Positions 28,966 through 39,248 of a DNA stretch of 64,000 bases are shown here, piece after piece. Under the pieces are notes generated by a model. That model did no database searches. It saw nothing but the letters and a program-made list of their open reading frames with translations, and was not told the DNA's origin. The DNA comes from an uncultured Candidatus Rokubacteria bacterium. Lineage in GTDB: Bacteria > Methylomirabilota > Methylomirabilia > Rokubacteriales > CSP1-6. Both the position numbers and the translations under genes were made by a program. The stretch covers positions 480,001 through 544,000 of the forward strand of contig CAVWFS010000007.1 in the NCBI GenBank assembly GCA_963754315.1. Reading direction: 5' to 3'. Position 1 is the stretch's first letter. Every line of letters begins with the position of its first letter.

Positions 28966-29874
28966 TCAGACTCGTCGTTGACCGATCAGTCGGCTGACGA
29001 TATTGATGACAAGGACCAGGAGGACCAGCACGAGCGAGGCCGCCCAGGCCAGCTCAATCTGGTTCTCGAACGGCATTCCAGAAAAGTTATAGATGAGCAC
29101 AGCCAGTGAGGCGGTGGGCTGCATGAGTTGCGGGCGTCCCGCCTCGAAGAGCCAGTAGTTGCTGAAGAGCGCGGTGAATAGAAGAGGAGCCGTCTCCCCC
29201 GCCGCGCGCGCCACGGCCAGCATGACCCCGGTCAGGATGCCCGGCATGGCGGTAGGGAGCACGACCTTCCAGATCACCTGGCTTCGGGTGCATCCCATTC
29301 CGTACGCCGCATCCTTCGTGATCCGGGGCACGGTCTTGAGGGCTTCCTCCGCTGTCAGCACCACCGTGGGAAGCATGAGGACGGCCAGCGCTAGTCCCCC
29401 CGCCGGTGCCGAATACGACCCGGTCAGCAGCACGACTGCCGCGTACGCAAACACCCCGGCCAGGATTGAAGGCAGTCCCGTGAGCGTCTTCGCCGCGAAG
29501 CGCGCCGTCTGCGCGAGCCGGCTGTTCGGGCCCAGTTCGGCCAGGAACACCGCCGCCAGAATGCCGACCGGAATGCTCAGGAGGCCGCCGATCCCGACCA
29601 TCACCAAGGTTCCCACGATTGCGTTGCCGAAGCCGCCCCCCATTTCGAACCCGGCCGGTGGGAGCTCGGTGAAGACCGACCAGTGCAATCGCGACCCACC
29701 GCGAACGATGAGCATGTAGAGGACTGACACCAGCGGTATGGCGGCGATCATCGCGGCCGCCCACGCGCCGCCAGTCAGGAGGAGGCTCTTCAGGGCTCGT
29801 GGGTCAAAGGCCGACCGTTGCAGACTCGGTAGATCGAGCGTGGTGGTGGTGGACACCGTGCCGGGTTCGTTCAC
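28966..29874 (-). CDS. pstA: Phosphate ABC transporter permease PstA
   Basis: [32 protein letters not shown]. The GTG start overlaps the pstC stop. Confidence 0.94.
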   Translation of the reverse strand: MNEPGTVSTTTTLDLPSLQRSAFDPRALKSLLLTGGAWAAAMIAAIPLVSVLYMLIVRGGSRLHWSVFTELPPAGFEMGGGFGNAIVGTLVMVGIGGLLSIPVGILAAVFLAELGPNSRLAQTARFAAKTLTGLPSILAGVFAYAAVVLLTGSYSAPAGGLALAVLMLPTVVLTAEEALKTVPRITKDAAYGMGCTRSQVIWKVVLPTAMPGILTGVMLAVARAAGETAPLLFTALFSNYWLFEAGRPQLMQPTASLAVLIYNFSGMPFENQIELAWAASLVLVLLVLVINIVSRLIGQRRV

Positions 29875-30872
29875 CGCTTGCTCGACTCCTTGGAGGCCAA
29901 GGCCATGATGGTGCCGCCGATCACGTTGACCAGGAGCGTGATGGCGAGAAGCACGAGCGCAGCATACATCAGCACCTGTACCTGCCGCGGTCCGGCCTCC
30001 GGGAAGTTCAGTGCCAGCAGCGCGGCCAGGGTGTTGGCGGGCGCGAACAGCGACAAGGTCATCTGGTTGGAGTTGCCAATCAGCATGGCGAGGGCCATGG
30101 TTTCGCCGAGGGCCCGACCGAAGCCAAGGACGAGGGCGCCGAAGATTCCCGTCGAGGCGGCGGGCACCATCACCCGAAGAATGGCTTCCCACCGCGTCGT
30201 CCCCATGCCGTAGGCGGCCTCCTTGATCTTATAGGGAACGAGCCGGAGGGCGTCCTGGGATACGGCCGCCACCGTTGGCAACACCATGATGGCGAGGACG
30301 AGAGCCGCAGGGGCGAGGCCGGGTCCACTGAGGGTCGTGCTGAAGAACGGAATCCAGCTCAGGTGTCCATACAACCAATCCGCGCCCGGGCGCAGGGCCG
30401 GCACCACCACGAACAGGCCCCAGAGGCCATACACCACGCTCGGAATGGCGGCAAGCAGCTCCACGATCGTCCGGAAGATTTGGGCGAGCCGCGGCGGAAG
30501 GAAATCCTGGGTGAGAAAGATGGCCATGACCACACCGAAAAATCCACCAACGAGCAGCGCCAGGAAGGAGCTATAGAGGGTGCCCCAGATCTCTGGCAGG
30601 AAGCCATAGCGATTCGCGTTCGTATCCCACGTGGTGGACGTGAGCGGGCTCAGACCGTGTTCCCGGATTCCGGGCCACGCCTTCCCGCCAATCTCCCACA
30701 GGATGAAGACCAACAGGAGAAGCACGAGCCATACGCCGGCTTGGGCCACGCCCCGGAATGCGCGATCGGCGACGTAGTCCCAGGTCGACGGTGGCCCCGA
30801 TACCGAGCCGGACCGAGCGAGCTCTTCGAGCGGACCCGCCCGTTCGGCGGGCGTGGTAAGCCGGGTTGCCAT
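29871..30872 (-). CDS. pstC: Phosphate ABC transporter permease PstC
   Basis: ELLAAIPSVVYGLWG, GRALGETMAL. Confidence 0.95.
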   Translation of the reverse strand: MATRLTTPAERAGPLEELARSGSVSGPPSTWDYVADRAFRGVAQAGVWLVLLLLVFILWEIGGKAWPGIREHGLSPLTSTTWDTNANRYGFLPEIWGTLYSSFLALLVGGFFGVVMAIFLTQDFLPPRLAQIFRTIVELLAAIPSVVYGLWGLFVVVPALRPGADWLYGHLSWIPFFSTTLSGPGLAPAALVLAIMVLPTVAAVSQDALRLVPYKIKEAAYGMGTTRWEAILRVMVPAASTGIFGALVLGFGRALGETMALAMLIGNSNQMTLSLFAPANTLAALLALNFPEAGPRQVQVLMYAALVLLAITLLVNVIGGTIMALASKESSKR

Positions 30873-31907
30873 CTACTGGATGGTGCTCGAGGCCTTGCGG
30901 ACGGCGCCGACCACGTTCGCCGGAAGGGGGATGTAGCCCATCGCCTCGCTCATCTTCTGACCCTCCGTCAGACAGTAATCAACCAGCTCGCGAAGGGCGG
31001 CGGCCTTCTTGGGGTCCTTGTTGTCCTTGTAGAACAGCATCCAGGTGTAGGTCGCGATGGGATAGGATTTGGCCCCCTCGGGATCCGTGATCCACGCGCG
31101 CAGATCGTCGGGCAGCTTCACGCTGGCGAGGGCCTCGGCCCCGCCGTGGCCGCCGGGGGCTACGTACTCGCCGGCCTTGTTCTGCAGGAGCGCTATCTCG
31201 ATCTTCGAGAACTTGGCAAAGGCATACTCGATGTAGCCGATGGAACCTGGTGTCTGCTTGATGGTGGCGGTCACCCCGTCGTTTTTGGGCGCGGCCACGA
31301 ACTTGTCGCTCTTGGCCCAGTTGACGGTGGTGCCGGTTCCTGGGCCCTTCTTCCACTCCTCGCTGATGGCGCTGAGATGCTGGGTGAACACGAATGTCGT
31401 GCCGCTGGCGTCGGCCCGCCGCACCACCGTGATGTCGCTGTCGGGCAGGGTCATGTTCGGGTTGGCCGCCTTCAGCTTGGGGTCGCTCCACTTCGTGATC
31501 TTGCCGAGGAAGATGCCCACGTACACGTCACGGGGAAGCTTGAGGCCCTTTGGGTTGCCGGGTATGTTGTAGCCGAGGACGATTTCCCCGGCTGTCATGG
31601 GCAACAGCTGCACGCCCCCCGGCACCTTTGCGATATCGGCATCGGACATGGCTGCGTCGCTGGCGGCAAAGTCCACCGTACGGTTGACGAAATCCTGGAT
31701 ACCCGCGCCGCTACCCTTGGCCTGATAGTCGACGGTGATGCTCTTGTGCTTCGTGCTGAACGCCTTGAACCACGCCGAGTAGATGGGAAACGGGAAGCTC
31801 GCCCCCGACCCGGTGAGGCGCATCCGGTCTTGGGCGCCGGTGGGACTAGTGATCAAGACGGTCAGCAGCAACGACAGGGTAGCCAATGCAATCGACCGAT
31901 GCTTCAC
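30873..31907 (-). CDS. pstS: Phosphate ABC transporter substrate-binding protein
   Basis: GSGASFPFPIY, GSGAG, DFAASDA, RADASGTT, IGYIEY, YPIATYTW, plus a signal peptide. Confidence 0.95.
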   Translation of the reverse strand: MKHRSIALATLSLLLTVLITSPTGAQDRMRLTGSGASFPFPIYSAWFKAFSTKHKSITVDYQAKGSGAGIQDFVNRTVDFAASDAAMSDADIAKVPGGVQLLPMTAGEIVLGYNIPGNPKGLKLPRDVYVGIFLGKITKWSDPKLKAANPNMTLPDSDITVVRRADASGTTFVFTQHLSAISEEWKKGPGTGTTVNWAKSDKFVAAPKNDGVTATIKQTPGSIGYIEYAFAKFSKIEIALLQNKAGEYVAPGGHGGAEALASVKLPDDLRAWITDPEGAKSYPIATYTWMLFYKDNKDPKKAAALRELVDYCLTEGQKMSEAMGYIPLPANVVGAVRKASSTIQ

Positions 31908-31979
31908 GCCGCAACCTCCCTCGGGACCCTGCCTTGGCGCCGGCTAGGCATCCCCGAAACGCGCAGTGACAACGAGCGC

Positions 31980-32035
31980 ATAGTAGGCCTATGAATCATT
32001 ACGTCTTCATGACAAGAACATTGAGAAAGGGTTAC
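31980..32035 (-). promoter_or_regulatory. Pho box and -10 element of pstSCAB
   Basis: GTAACC/TCAATG/GTCATG/GTAATG at 11-bp period, then TACTAT. Confidence 0.75.
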
Positions 32036-32481
32036 TCCGGGTCCGGAAGGATCGAGCGCGCGCCCCGCATCTGAATAGCCTCCCGCCGCTCCAGCTGCTC
32101 TTGACACGCCACACAGGTGACGGCGTCCGGCAAGGCGCTAAGCCGACGGAGCGCGATGCGCGCGCCGCATTCCTCACAGATCCCGTAGCCGCCGGACGCG
32201 ATGCGGGTGAGCGCGCGCCGCAGCCGCCGCCCCCGCTCCACGAGCCGCTCAGTGCTCAAGCTCGTGACCTCGTGGAGCTCAACCGCCTGAGCGGCCTCCA
32301 CGAGCTCCGCCGCCTTCAGCTCTTTGCCGTCCGCGTCGCCCTCGGAAGCGCTTCGTAGCTCGTACAGGCGATGCTCGAGTTGCTGGAGCTCCCGTCGCAG
32401 ACGCGTCTTTGCGTCGTCGGTGGCGGCCGCTCCTGGCCGCTGACTCGTGACCGCGCCCCGACCGTACGTCACGCGAGTCAC
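32032..32481 (-). CDS. TraR/DksA C4-type zinc-finger protein
   Basis: [30 protein letters not shown], preceded by a coiled coil. Confidence 0.85.
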   Translation of the reverse strand: MTRVTYGRGAVTSQRPGAAATDDAKTRLRRELQQLEHRLYELRSASEGDADGKELKAAELVEAAQAVELHEVTSLSTERLVERGRRLRRALTRIASGGYGICEECGARIALRRLSALPDAVTCVACQEQLERREAIQMRGARSILPDPE

Positions 32482-33680
32482 TCCCCTTCCGGCAGCAGCT
32501 CGAACAAAAAGCGGGCGGCGGCCGCCGTGTCCGGGAAATCGGCAAAAACGCCGTCGATGCCCAGCGCGTAGAACTGCAAGTACTCCTTGACCGGGTTCCC
32601 CGTGTAGTCGGCGGCCAGGCGCCGCCCCTCGTTGCGGAACGTCCAGGTATGCACGAGCAAGCCTACCTTGTGAGCACGGGTGACGAGGTCGGTCGCCGGG
32701 AGCAGCGCGCGGTCGGCCTCGTCGATCAGGCCGTCGCCGTTCTCGTCCCCAATGATCCCGTCCCCGTTAAGGTCCTTGGCCACCGTGCTGACGATGTAAC
32801 GCTTCCACGGGCCGATGCCATCGGCATAGGTCCGGACCTCCTTGAGCCCCTCATCGGTGGCAAAGAAGGCAAAGGTCCGCGCCTGGAGGGCGGGATCGCC
32901 CGACACCGTCCAGTCGTACGGGCGATCGAAGGGCGCCGTGTAGTCCAGGGTGCCATCGGGGTTGACATCGTTGGCGTCCACCAGCTGGATCAGTCGCACC
33001 TTCGTGAGCCTGCGCAGCTCCTTCAGGTTCGATTGCTCGAACGACTGGATGAACACCGGCGAATCGCGCCGGTCCAGGTCCGCGCGCCGGAGCACCTCCA
33101 CCAGCTTCCGCTCCAGGGGTAACCCGATCGACCGGTGGTAGGTCGGATGCTTTGTCTCTGGATATATGCCAATGGCTCGCCCCTTGTCCTTCGATGCGCG
33201 CTTGGCCAGTGCGATGATCTCCTCCAGGGTCGGAATCCGGAACACGCCGTTGAACTGTTGCGGTCGCTCGGCGAAGGCCTGGACCGCGCGCAGCGTCTTG
33301 ATTTCAGCGAGGGTAAAGTCGGACGCAAACCATCCTTCCTCTTCGAAGCCGTCAACCTTCGCCGTCCGTTTACGGCTGGCGAACTCCGGTCGATTCTTGA
33401 CGTCGGTGGTGGCGATCAGGTTTGGCTCGTGGCGGGCGATCAGATGACCGTCACGCGTCATCACCAGGTCGGGCTCGATGTAGTCGGCGCCAAGCTCGAT
33501 GGCCAGCTGGTAGGCGGCCAGCGTGTGCTCCGGAAGATAGCCGCTGGCGCCGCGATGTCCAATGATCAGCGGTGCTCGGTCGTGTTCCCGCCGTGAATCG
33601 GCGTGCACCGGGTCCGGGCCAACCGCAAGAATCGTCATACTCAGCATGCTTGCGAGTAACAGCCTACGCACCGTCGGCAT
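32478..33680 (-). CDS. glpQ: Exported glycerophosphodiester phosphodiesterase
   Basis: [49 protein letters not shown]. Confidence 0.93.
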   Translation of the reverse strand: MPTVRRLLLASMLSMTILAVGPDPVHADSRREHDRAPLIIGHRGASGYLPEHTLAAYQLAIELGADYIEPDLVMTRDGHLIARHEPNLIATTDVKNRPEFASRKRTAKVDGFEEEGWFASDFTLAEIKTLRAVQAFAERPQQFNGVFRIPTLEEIIALAKRASKDKGRAIGIYPETKHPTYHRSIGLPLERKLVEVLRRADLDRRDSPVFIQSFEQSNLKELRRLTKVRLIQLVDANDVNPDGTLDYTAPFDRPYDWTVSGDPALQARTFAFFATDEGLKEVRTYADGIGPWKRYIVSTVAKDLNGDGIIGDENGDGLIDEADRALLPATDLVTRAHKVGLLVHTWTFRNEGRRLAADYTGNPVKEYLQFYALGIDGVFADFPDTAAAARFLFELLPEGE

Positions 33681-33712
33681 CGCGATCCTCCCCTGATGGA
33701 ATGGACAGGGGC

Positions 33713-33767
33713 AGCCTACAGATCGGGCGTCTACAGTGGTGTGAAGCTTTGTTATCGATCCCGTAAT
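33713..33767 (-). promoter_or_regulatory. Pho-box-like promoter of glpQ
   Basis: ATTACG/GATAAC/TTCACA/GTAGAC at 11-bp period, then TAGGCT 10 bp downstream. Confidence 0.55.
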
Positions 33768-33812
33768 GTGCGGCGCCCGCAGGCGGACGGCGGTGCGGGA
33801 CTCCCTGCGTCC

Positions 33813-34868
33813 CTAGCGAGCTACGAGGTCGGAGACGAGCTTCACGAGGCGGCCGAAATCGGGTGAGCCGGTCACGTCGACCAGGGTGACCCGGGTGAGC
33901 AGCGCCCGATATCGCTGCTCGACGTCCGCCAGAGCGGGCGCATTGGGCTCGAGATCCAGATCGAAGGCGCCCAGATCCTTGTAGAAGAGCGGCAGGTTCG
34001 ACAGCGCCTCGCTCACTTCGATGGGGCGCACGCGAACGGTGCCGCCACGGCGGTGCCAGCGCAGGAGCACCAGGGCCCGCATACGGGCGCTGAGATCGAC
34101 GGTGCCCGGACCATAGACCAGGTCGAGGTCGACATCGCGCTTCTCTTCGAGGTTCCAGAGTTCGTCCGGCGGCAGCGCATTGAGGCGGGCTCGTTCCTCG
34201 GACGAGAGCAGCGAGCTCAGTCGTGGGTGCGTGAGGAGGGTTCCCGGGTTCACCCGCGGCTGCTTGGGGTAACCCAGCACCTCTACCGCTCCCGCGCGCT
34301 GCCTGGCCAGCACACGATCGTTGGAGACGAAGCGGAAGCCCCCTTCGATGCAATGGAGGGCGGCCGTGGACTTCCCGGCGCCAGCCGGCCCCGCCAGCAC
34401 GACGCTCTGGCCACGCCAGGAGACCGCGGAGGCGTGGAAGAGCACGTGACCACGGCGGAGCATGGCCTTGGCGTAAACGGCATTGATCAGGTTGATGCCC
34501 TGGTTGAGGTTCATCCGCAGGTCGCCGACCGCGAACGCTCGGTCCGGCAGCAGTCCCATGAGAACCCGGGTGGCTTGCTTCAGGATGAGCCGCCCGCCGC
34601 CGGCATTGCGGATCGACTCCTTCACCCGGCGCCCGCCGGGCCGAACCAGGTCACGGAACTCGCCCTGGGCCGGCGGGCGCCCCTGGATCAGGCTCACCAC
34701 CAACCGTGGGTGCGCACCGGCGGCCATCACGTACGGCGCGTAGTAGCGACTGAGGCGTGCGTGGATCTCGAGGTCGTTGCTGAGCACCCGGATCGCGACC
34801 CCTGCCAGCTCGAGATCGAGGACCCGAGGCGTCTCGAAGGGGGCGATCAATGCGGCCACTGAGCTCAC
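33813..34868 (-). CDS. HprK-related kinase B (GAK system)
   Basis: LFHASAV, GPAGAGKST Walker A, FVSNDR, GYPKQPRVNPGT, LWNLEEK. Confidence 0.82.
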   Translation of the reverse strand: MSSVAALIAPFETPRVLDLELAGVAIRVLSNDLEIHARLSRYYAPYVMAAGAHPRLVVSLIQGRPPAQGEFRDLVRPGGRRVKESIRNAGGGRLILKQATRVLMGLLPDRAFAVGDLRMNLNQGINLINAVYAKAMLRRGHVLFHASAVSWRGQSVVLAGPAGAGKSTAALHCIEGGFRFVSNDRVLARQRAGAVEVLGYPKQPRVNPGTLLTHPRLSSLLSSEERARLNALPPDELWNLEEKRDVDLDLVYGPGTVDLSARMRALVLLRWHRRGGTVRVRPIEVSEALSNLPLFYKDLGAFDLDLEPNAPALADVEQRYRALLTRVTLVDVTGSPDFGRLVKLVSDLVAR

Positions 34869-35752
34869 TGGGCGTCCTTCACCCGGCGCATGATCACGTC
34901 GGCAAGGAGCGGTGCGGCATCGATTCCGCACGCCACCGACAGGCCCCGGAACCCCCCGAACGCGCTCACCTCGAGGACCACAAAGCCGCCGTCAGGGGTC
35001 TGCATCAGATCGACGCCCGTGAACACGAGGCCAAAGTGCCTGGCCGCGGCCAGTGCCATCTCGAGCGCCGCCGGAGGCGGGGCAGCGCGCTCGTACCGCC
35101 CACCAGCCCGGATGGTGGTCATCCACTGATCGGGCGCCGCGACGCGCCAGTAGGCACCCACGCACTGTCCGTCCAGCACGGCCACGCCGAGGTCGCGCCC
35201 GGGGTGCTCGATGGCACGTTGGAGGTAGAAGGGACCGAGGCCGGCTGCCCGGTGGCGAGCGAGGACCGTGCGCACGTCGCGCATGGCATCGAGGCGCTCC
35301 ATCCCGCGTCCCTTGGAGGTGAAGAGCGGCTTGAGGACGGCGGCCCCGAAGCGCTCCACGGTGGCCATCGCCTCGTCAATGTCCTCGGTGAGGACAGTGT
35401 CCGGCGTCGGCAGGCCCGCCCGCGTCAGTTCGAGTGTCATACGATAGCGATCGACGGCGACCTCGAGGCGGTCGGGCTCGCTCAGGATCCGCACCCCGGT
35501 ACTCTCGAGTTGTCGGAGCAAATTGATCCGCTCGCGCACCGCCCAGCCCCCGGCCGCGTCGCCGATCTTCTTGACCACGGCCCCTTCCAGGCCCTCTACC
35601 GGCACGCCGCGATAGTGAAGCCGAGGATCCGGAAGACGAAGACTGCAGAGGGACAGATCGATGACCGGCACCGCGCATCCCGCAAAACGGAGGGCAGCGG
35701 CCAGCCCCTCCGTCGACCACGCGCCGAGGGTCCCGATGACGGCGATCCTCAT
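34865..35752 (-). CDS. RimK-like ATP-grasp enzyme (GAK system)
   Basis: GAWSTE, VVKKI, VLKPLFTSKGRGM, DLGVAVL, WMTTIRAGGRY, FTGVD, EVSAFGGFRGL. Confidence 0.85.
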   Translation of the reverse strand: MRIAVIGTLGAWSTEGLAAALRFAGCAVPVIDLSLCSLRLPDPRLHYRGVPVEGLEGAVVKKIGDAAGGWAVRERINLLRQLESTGVRILSEPDRLEVAVDRYRMTLELTRAGLPTPDTVLTEDIDEAMATVERFGAAVLKPLFTSKGRGMERLDAMRDVRTVLARHRAAGLGPFYLQRAIEHPGRDLGVAVLDGQCVGAYWRVAAPDQWMTTIRAGGRYERAAPPPAALEMALAAARHFGLVFTGVDLMQTPDGGFVVLEVSAFGGFRGLSVACGIDAAPLLADVIMRRVKDAQ

Positions 35753-37350
35753 ACGTCCGCCTTGGCCACGCGCTCGAGCAGCCGAACGCCCCGCAGGAAC
35801 AGGCCGCGCGCGAACTCGAAGTCTGTGACCAGCCGCGCAGAGGTGATGAACGACCGCGCCTGCGAGAGGGTCAGCCGCGTTTGGAAGTGGTCGTCACCGA
35901 CGAGGTTCGCGAATTCGCTGGCGAAGCGCGCCACCATCTCGTTCAGCCTCGTGAGCTGGGTGGCGAGTCCCTCGTCCTGGAGCGGGGTGCGCAGATTGGA
36001 CACGAGGAACACGCCGATGTCCTGGGCGTAGTCTCCGGACCCACTCCGATGGACGTCGACGAAGTGCACACGATCGATGGGAGCGGCGTAGATGATGTTG
36101 TTGGTGTTGAAATCCCCATGGATGCGAACGATGACGGGCGACGCGATCCGCTCTTGCACGCACCGCACCTTCTCCAGCAACTCGCTGAGGGCGAGGTGGA
36201 CGATCCCGAAGACTCGGGTCGGAACCTCCCGCTGGCGCGCTAGGCGCGGATGGACCGCGTAGAGATTGGGCAAGCGCTCGCGGATCTGGCCCACGTAGTC
36301 GACGACCAGTCGTTCCTTGATCGACGTCGAAATCCAGATCTCCCGCAGCGTTCCCAGAAGGCACTGAGTGGCGGCCAGCTTCTCGGCCCAGGGGCGGGCC
36401 ACGTATATGTCGCGCAGCAGAACACCCTCCAGGAACTGCCCCAGGAAGGACTCGCGCCCGTCCTGCTGGTAGCGCGCCTTCACATCCGGCACCAGTCCCG
36501 GCACCAGGCGATTCCACTCGTCCATCTCGCGCAGCTCTTCGTCGATCTTCCGCTCTGCCCCTTCCTTCCAGATGAGCGGCCGTCTCTGACCAATGGCCAC
36601 CCGGCCCAGTCGCGCCCCGCTGATGCCCCCCCAGATCTGTTGCAGATCGATCCTCGTGTCGCCCTCGGCAGCCAGGGTGCCCGCCAACTCTTGAAGGTGC
36701 AGATACTGGTGCAGCTTCAAGCGCTCCCCGGTCAGCAGAAAGAGGGTCGACTCACCGATGTTCAGGATCGAATCGCCGATTCGTTCAAGGAACTTGAGCA
36801 CAAACAGGTTGGTGATGATGAAAGCGGGTTCGACGTTGGCTTCCCCCAGCCGGCACAGGGCTTCGGCCAGCGCGTCCCGGTAGCGTCGGTCCAGCTCGAG
36901 CTCACAGCGGCAGGCGTCCTTGGCCTTGTCGGCGTCGGCATCGGTGAACGATTCGATGACTTCGTCGAGGGCGGCCAGCGCTACCCGCGTGGCGCCGGCC
37001 AGGTCGAAGGGCACGGCGCGGGACGAGAGCCGTGAGACATGGACAGCTTGCTCGGCCACGTTTACCGCGTAATCCCCGAGCTTCTCGAGGTTCAACGCCA
37101 CCCTGAAGGCGCCCCGGAACTGTCGGAGCCGGACCCCGTCGGGGTCGTGTGCGCCCTCGGTCAGGCGCCGAAAGCACTTGTCCTCGATGAGCCCAAGGAG
37201 GTTGTCGACCTGATCGTCCTTCTCGGTGATCTGGCCGGCCAGCCTGACGTCACGCTGGAAGAACGCGGTGAGAGCACTGCTGACCTGCGACTGGACCAGG
37301 CGAGCCATCATCACGAGGTCCTGGCCCACATCGTCCAGCAGGATCGCCAC
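35749..37350 (-). CDS. PhoU-domain protein fused to an aminoglycoside-phosphotransferase-like kinase domain (GAK-associated)
   Basis: Two PhoU repeats (DDQVDNL, LEKLGDYAVNVA, LERIGDSILNIGE), then GGISG, HGDFNTNN and DVHRS...DYAQD. Confidence 0.82.
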   Translation of the reverse strand: MAILLDDVGQDLVMMARLVQSQVSSALTAFFQRDVRLAGQITEKDDQVDNLLGLIEDKCFRRLTEGAHDPDGVRLRQFRGAFRVALNLEKLGDYAVNVAEQAVHVSRLSSRAVPFDLAGATRVALAALDEVIESFTDADADKAKDACRCELELDRRYRDALAEALCRLGEANVEPAFIITNLFVLKFLERIGDSILNIGESTLFLLTGERLKLHQYLHLQELAGTLAAEGDTRIDLQQIWGGISGARLGRVAIGQRRPLIWKEGAERKIDEELREMDEWNRLVPGLVPDVKARYQQDGRESFLGQFLEGVLLRDIYVARPWAEKLAATQCLLGTLREIWISTSIKERLVVDYVGQIRERLPNLYAVHPRLARQREVPTRVFGIVHLALSELLEKVRCVQERIASPVIVRIHGDFNTNNIIYAAPIDRVHFVDVHRSGSGDYAQDIGVFLVSNLRTPLQDEGLATQLTRLNEMVARFASEFANLVGDDHFQTRLTLSQARSFITSARLVTDFEFARGLFLRGVRLLERVAKADV

Positions 37351-37352
37351 GC

Positions 37353-37634
37353 CTACCCCCGCCCACCACGCGAATCCACCTCGACGTGGAGATCGGTCGC
37401 ACGCGCGCCCTCCCGCCGCTTCCAGGCCACCTCCACCGCGATCTTGCCCTTGTGCCCCTTGCTCCCGATCTTCAGCTCGAGCTTGACCTCGCTTGGTGGT
37501 ACGAGCCGCAGGGCCCGCTCGCCCGACTCCAGCGACACTTCGCCCCGTTTGAGTCCGGCGGCGAGCGACGTCAGGTACTCGGCAATCTCGTCTGCCGTCC
37601 CGATCAGCTCGAACTCGAAGCGATCCTTGGCCAT
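37353..37634 (-). CDS. Amphi-Trp domain protein
   Basis: EIAEYLTSLAAGLKRGEVSL...LELKIGSKGHKGKIAVEVAW. Confidence 0.8.
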   Translation of the reverse strand: MAKDRFEFELIGTADEIAEYLTSLAAGLKRGEVSLESGERALRLVPPSEVKLELKIGSKGHKGKIAVEVAWKRREGARATDLHVEVDSRGGRG

Positions 37635-37669
37635 GATGGCTCCTCCGGATTTTCGCCGTCTGGGAGCGC

Positions 37670-37921
37670 CTACTTGTCCCCGTCCTCGTCGTTCTTGGTC
37701 TGCCGCCAGGCAATTGCAATCTCGATCTTCGCCTTGCCCTTTTTCTCGCTCGCTTCGATCTCGAGGGAGAGGTCGCCCTCGGGAAACACGGTAATCCGCT
37801 CGTCCCCCATGGACAGCGATAGCCCGCGTGCGCGAATCCCCTCGGCGATGCGGGTCAGCGTGTCCGCCGCCTCCGACGGCGACGCTGCGCCCTCGAACTC
37901 GAATTCCCGACTATCTCCCAT
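37670..37921 (-). CDS. Amphi-Trp domain protein
   Basis: EAADTLTRIAEGIRARGLSL...LEIEASEKKGKAKIEIAIAW, with an acidic tail. Confidence 0.8.
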   Translation of the reverse strand: MGDSREFEFEGAASPSEAADTLTRIAEGIRARGLSLSMGDERITVFPEGDLSLEIEASEKKGKAKIEIAIAWRQTKNDEDGDK

Positions 37922-38180
37922 GACGATCTCCCCCCGGCACCGCGATTCTGATGAGCGGGCGCTTGGGCCATTGAAGTCTGATGTCCACGCGCGTGACACG
38001 CCGCTTCGGCTTGAACTCGATCTCGAGAAGGAGAAACTCGGCGGTGGCGATGGACGTTTGCTGTTCCCCCGCCACGAAGGTCAGTTCCCCGGCGAGCACC
38101 CCTCGCGCCAGCTCGGACAGATAGAAGGCCGCCGCATCCCGGCGAGCGCGCACGCGGAGTTTCGCCGGTATGGTGGGCAC
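37911..38180 (-). CDS. Amphi-Trp domain protein (third, basic copy)
   Basis: AAFYLSELARGVLAGELTF...LEIEFKPKRRVTRVDIRLQW. Confidence 0.7.
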   Translation of the reverse strand: MPTIPAKLRVRARRDAAAFYLSELARGVLAGELTFVAGEQQTSIATAEFLLLEIEFKPKRRVTRVDIRLQWPKRPLIRIAVPGGDRHGR

Positions 38181-38219
38181 CGCTGCATCTCCTTCACCCG
38201 GCGCCGAGCGTCGGGCTGA

Positions 38220-39017
38220 TCAGACGCCGGCGGGCACCCCGAGGGACTGCCTTCGTAGAGCCCGCACGTCGCCGCCGTAACACCTGCGTAATGTTTTCGA
38301 AATGTTTTTCAGGGCCTTAGCGGCTTTTACGCGGACCGGAGTGTACGGGGAGGTTCCGTAGCCCGTCAAGCCTTCTTTGATGGTCTTGATGAGGGCGCTG
38401 ATCGTGATCTCGTCGGTGTGCATCGTGGTATGGCGCACGCCAAGTTGCAGCCAGTGGTGCGCGTCGCTGCCGGCCACGACGGGGAGTCCCAGCGCGCGGG
38501 CTTGCACCACGAGCATCGTTTCGGTTCCGAAGTCCTTGCCGTTCACCTCGAGGGCATGCAGGCGACGCAGGTCCGCCGCGGCGAACTTTCCAAGCTCCTT
38601 GCCGGGACGGAACATGTGAGCGCCGATACGCGCGACGTCGAAGTCGTCCGTCACGTCCAGAAATTCGCGCAGAGCGGGTTCATAACCGCGGGACAGCGGT
38701 TCATGAAAAGCCCGATCGAGCCGCCTGATCTCTGCTGTCTCGGCGAGCACGACGACGTGGGCACCCTCCCGGATGTTGATCTCTGCACCGGGAATCAGGG
38801 CGACTCCCTGAGCCCAGAATACCCCCCCCGCGCATGGGTAGGTCGCCTCCAGATACGTTGGAATCTCCCAGTAGGCCCTGGCATGGAAGTGCTCGGTGAG
38901 GGCCACGCCGTCGAGCCCCACGCGCTGGGCCATCCGGACCATCCGAGCCACCGAGCCCGGGTTGAAGGCGAAGTGCTTCGACATCTTGGGGTGCGAGTGC
39001 GTATCAATCCGCTTCAA
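38220..39017 (-). CDS. PHP-domain metal-dependent phosphoesterase
   Basis: IDTHSH, ALTEH, GAE...AH, AHMFR, AGSDAH. TTG at 39017 behind a GAGGAGG RBS. Confidence 0.82.
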   Translation of the reverse strand: MKRIDTHSHPKMSKHFAFNPGSVARMVRMAQRVGLDGVALTEHFHARAYWEIPTYLEATYPCAGGVFWAQGVALIPGAEINIREGAHVVVLAETAEIRRLDRAFHEPLSRGYEPALREFLDVTDDFDVARIGAHMFRPGKELGKFAAADLRRLHALEVNGKDFGTETMLVVQARALGLPVVAGSDAHHWLQLGVRHTTMHTDEITISALIKTIKEGLTGYGTSPYTPVRVKAAKALKNISKTLRRCYGGDVRALRRQSLGVPAGV

Positions 39018-39121
39018 TCGAGGAGCCTCCTCGGACGCAGTCCACGTCAATCCACATCCGTCCACACCACCGAACCTCGCGTCCCCGAAGATTGTTTCCC
39101 GGTTTTCTGTGCATCGTGCGG

Positions 39122-39177
39122 AACATACCACAATATAGTGTTGCGACTTGGCTACGTCATAGCAAATCTTGTGTTAC
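39122..39177 (-). promoter_or_regulatory. Pho-box-like promoter of the PHP-GAK operon
   Basis: GTAACA/(TTTGCT)/GTAGCC/GCAACA at 11-bp period, then TATGTT. Confidence 0.5.
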
Positions 39178-39248
39178 TGGGGATGAGGGTGCGTTACTCG
39201 GTGGACAGCTGGGGATAGCGGGGCAGCCGGAGGAACCGGCCGCCGGTC

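Noticed and set aside
29799..31994. 731-aa plus-strand ORF and similar long antisense ORFs (for example 20806-22176, 27040-28125, 47697-48929)
   Set aside because: These are shadow frames of well-supported opposite-strand genes in high-GC DNA, with no recognisable motifs.
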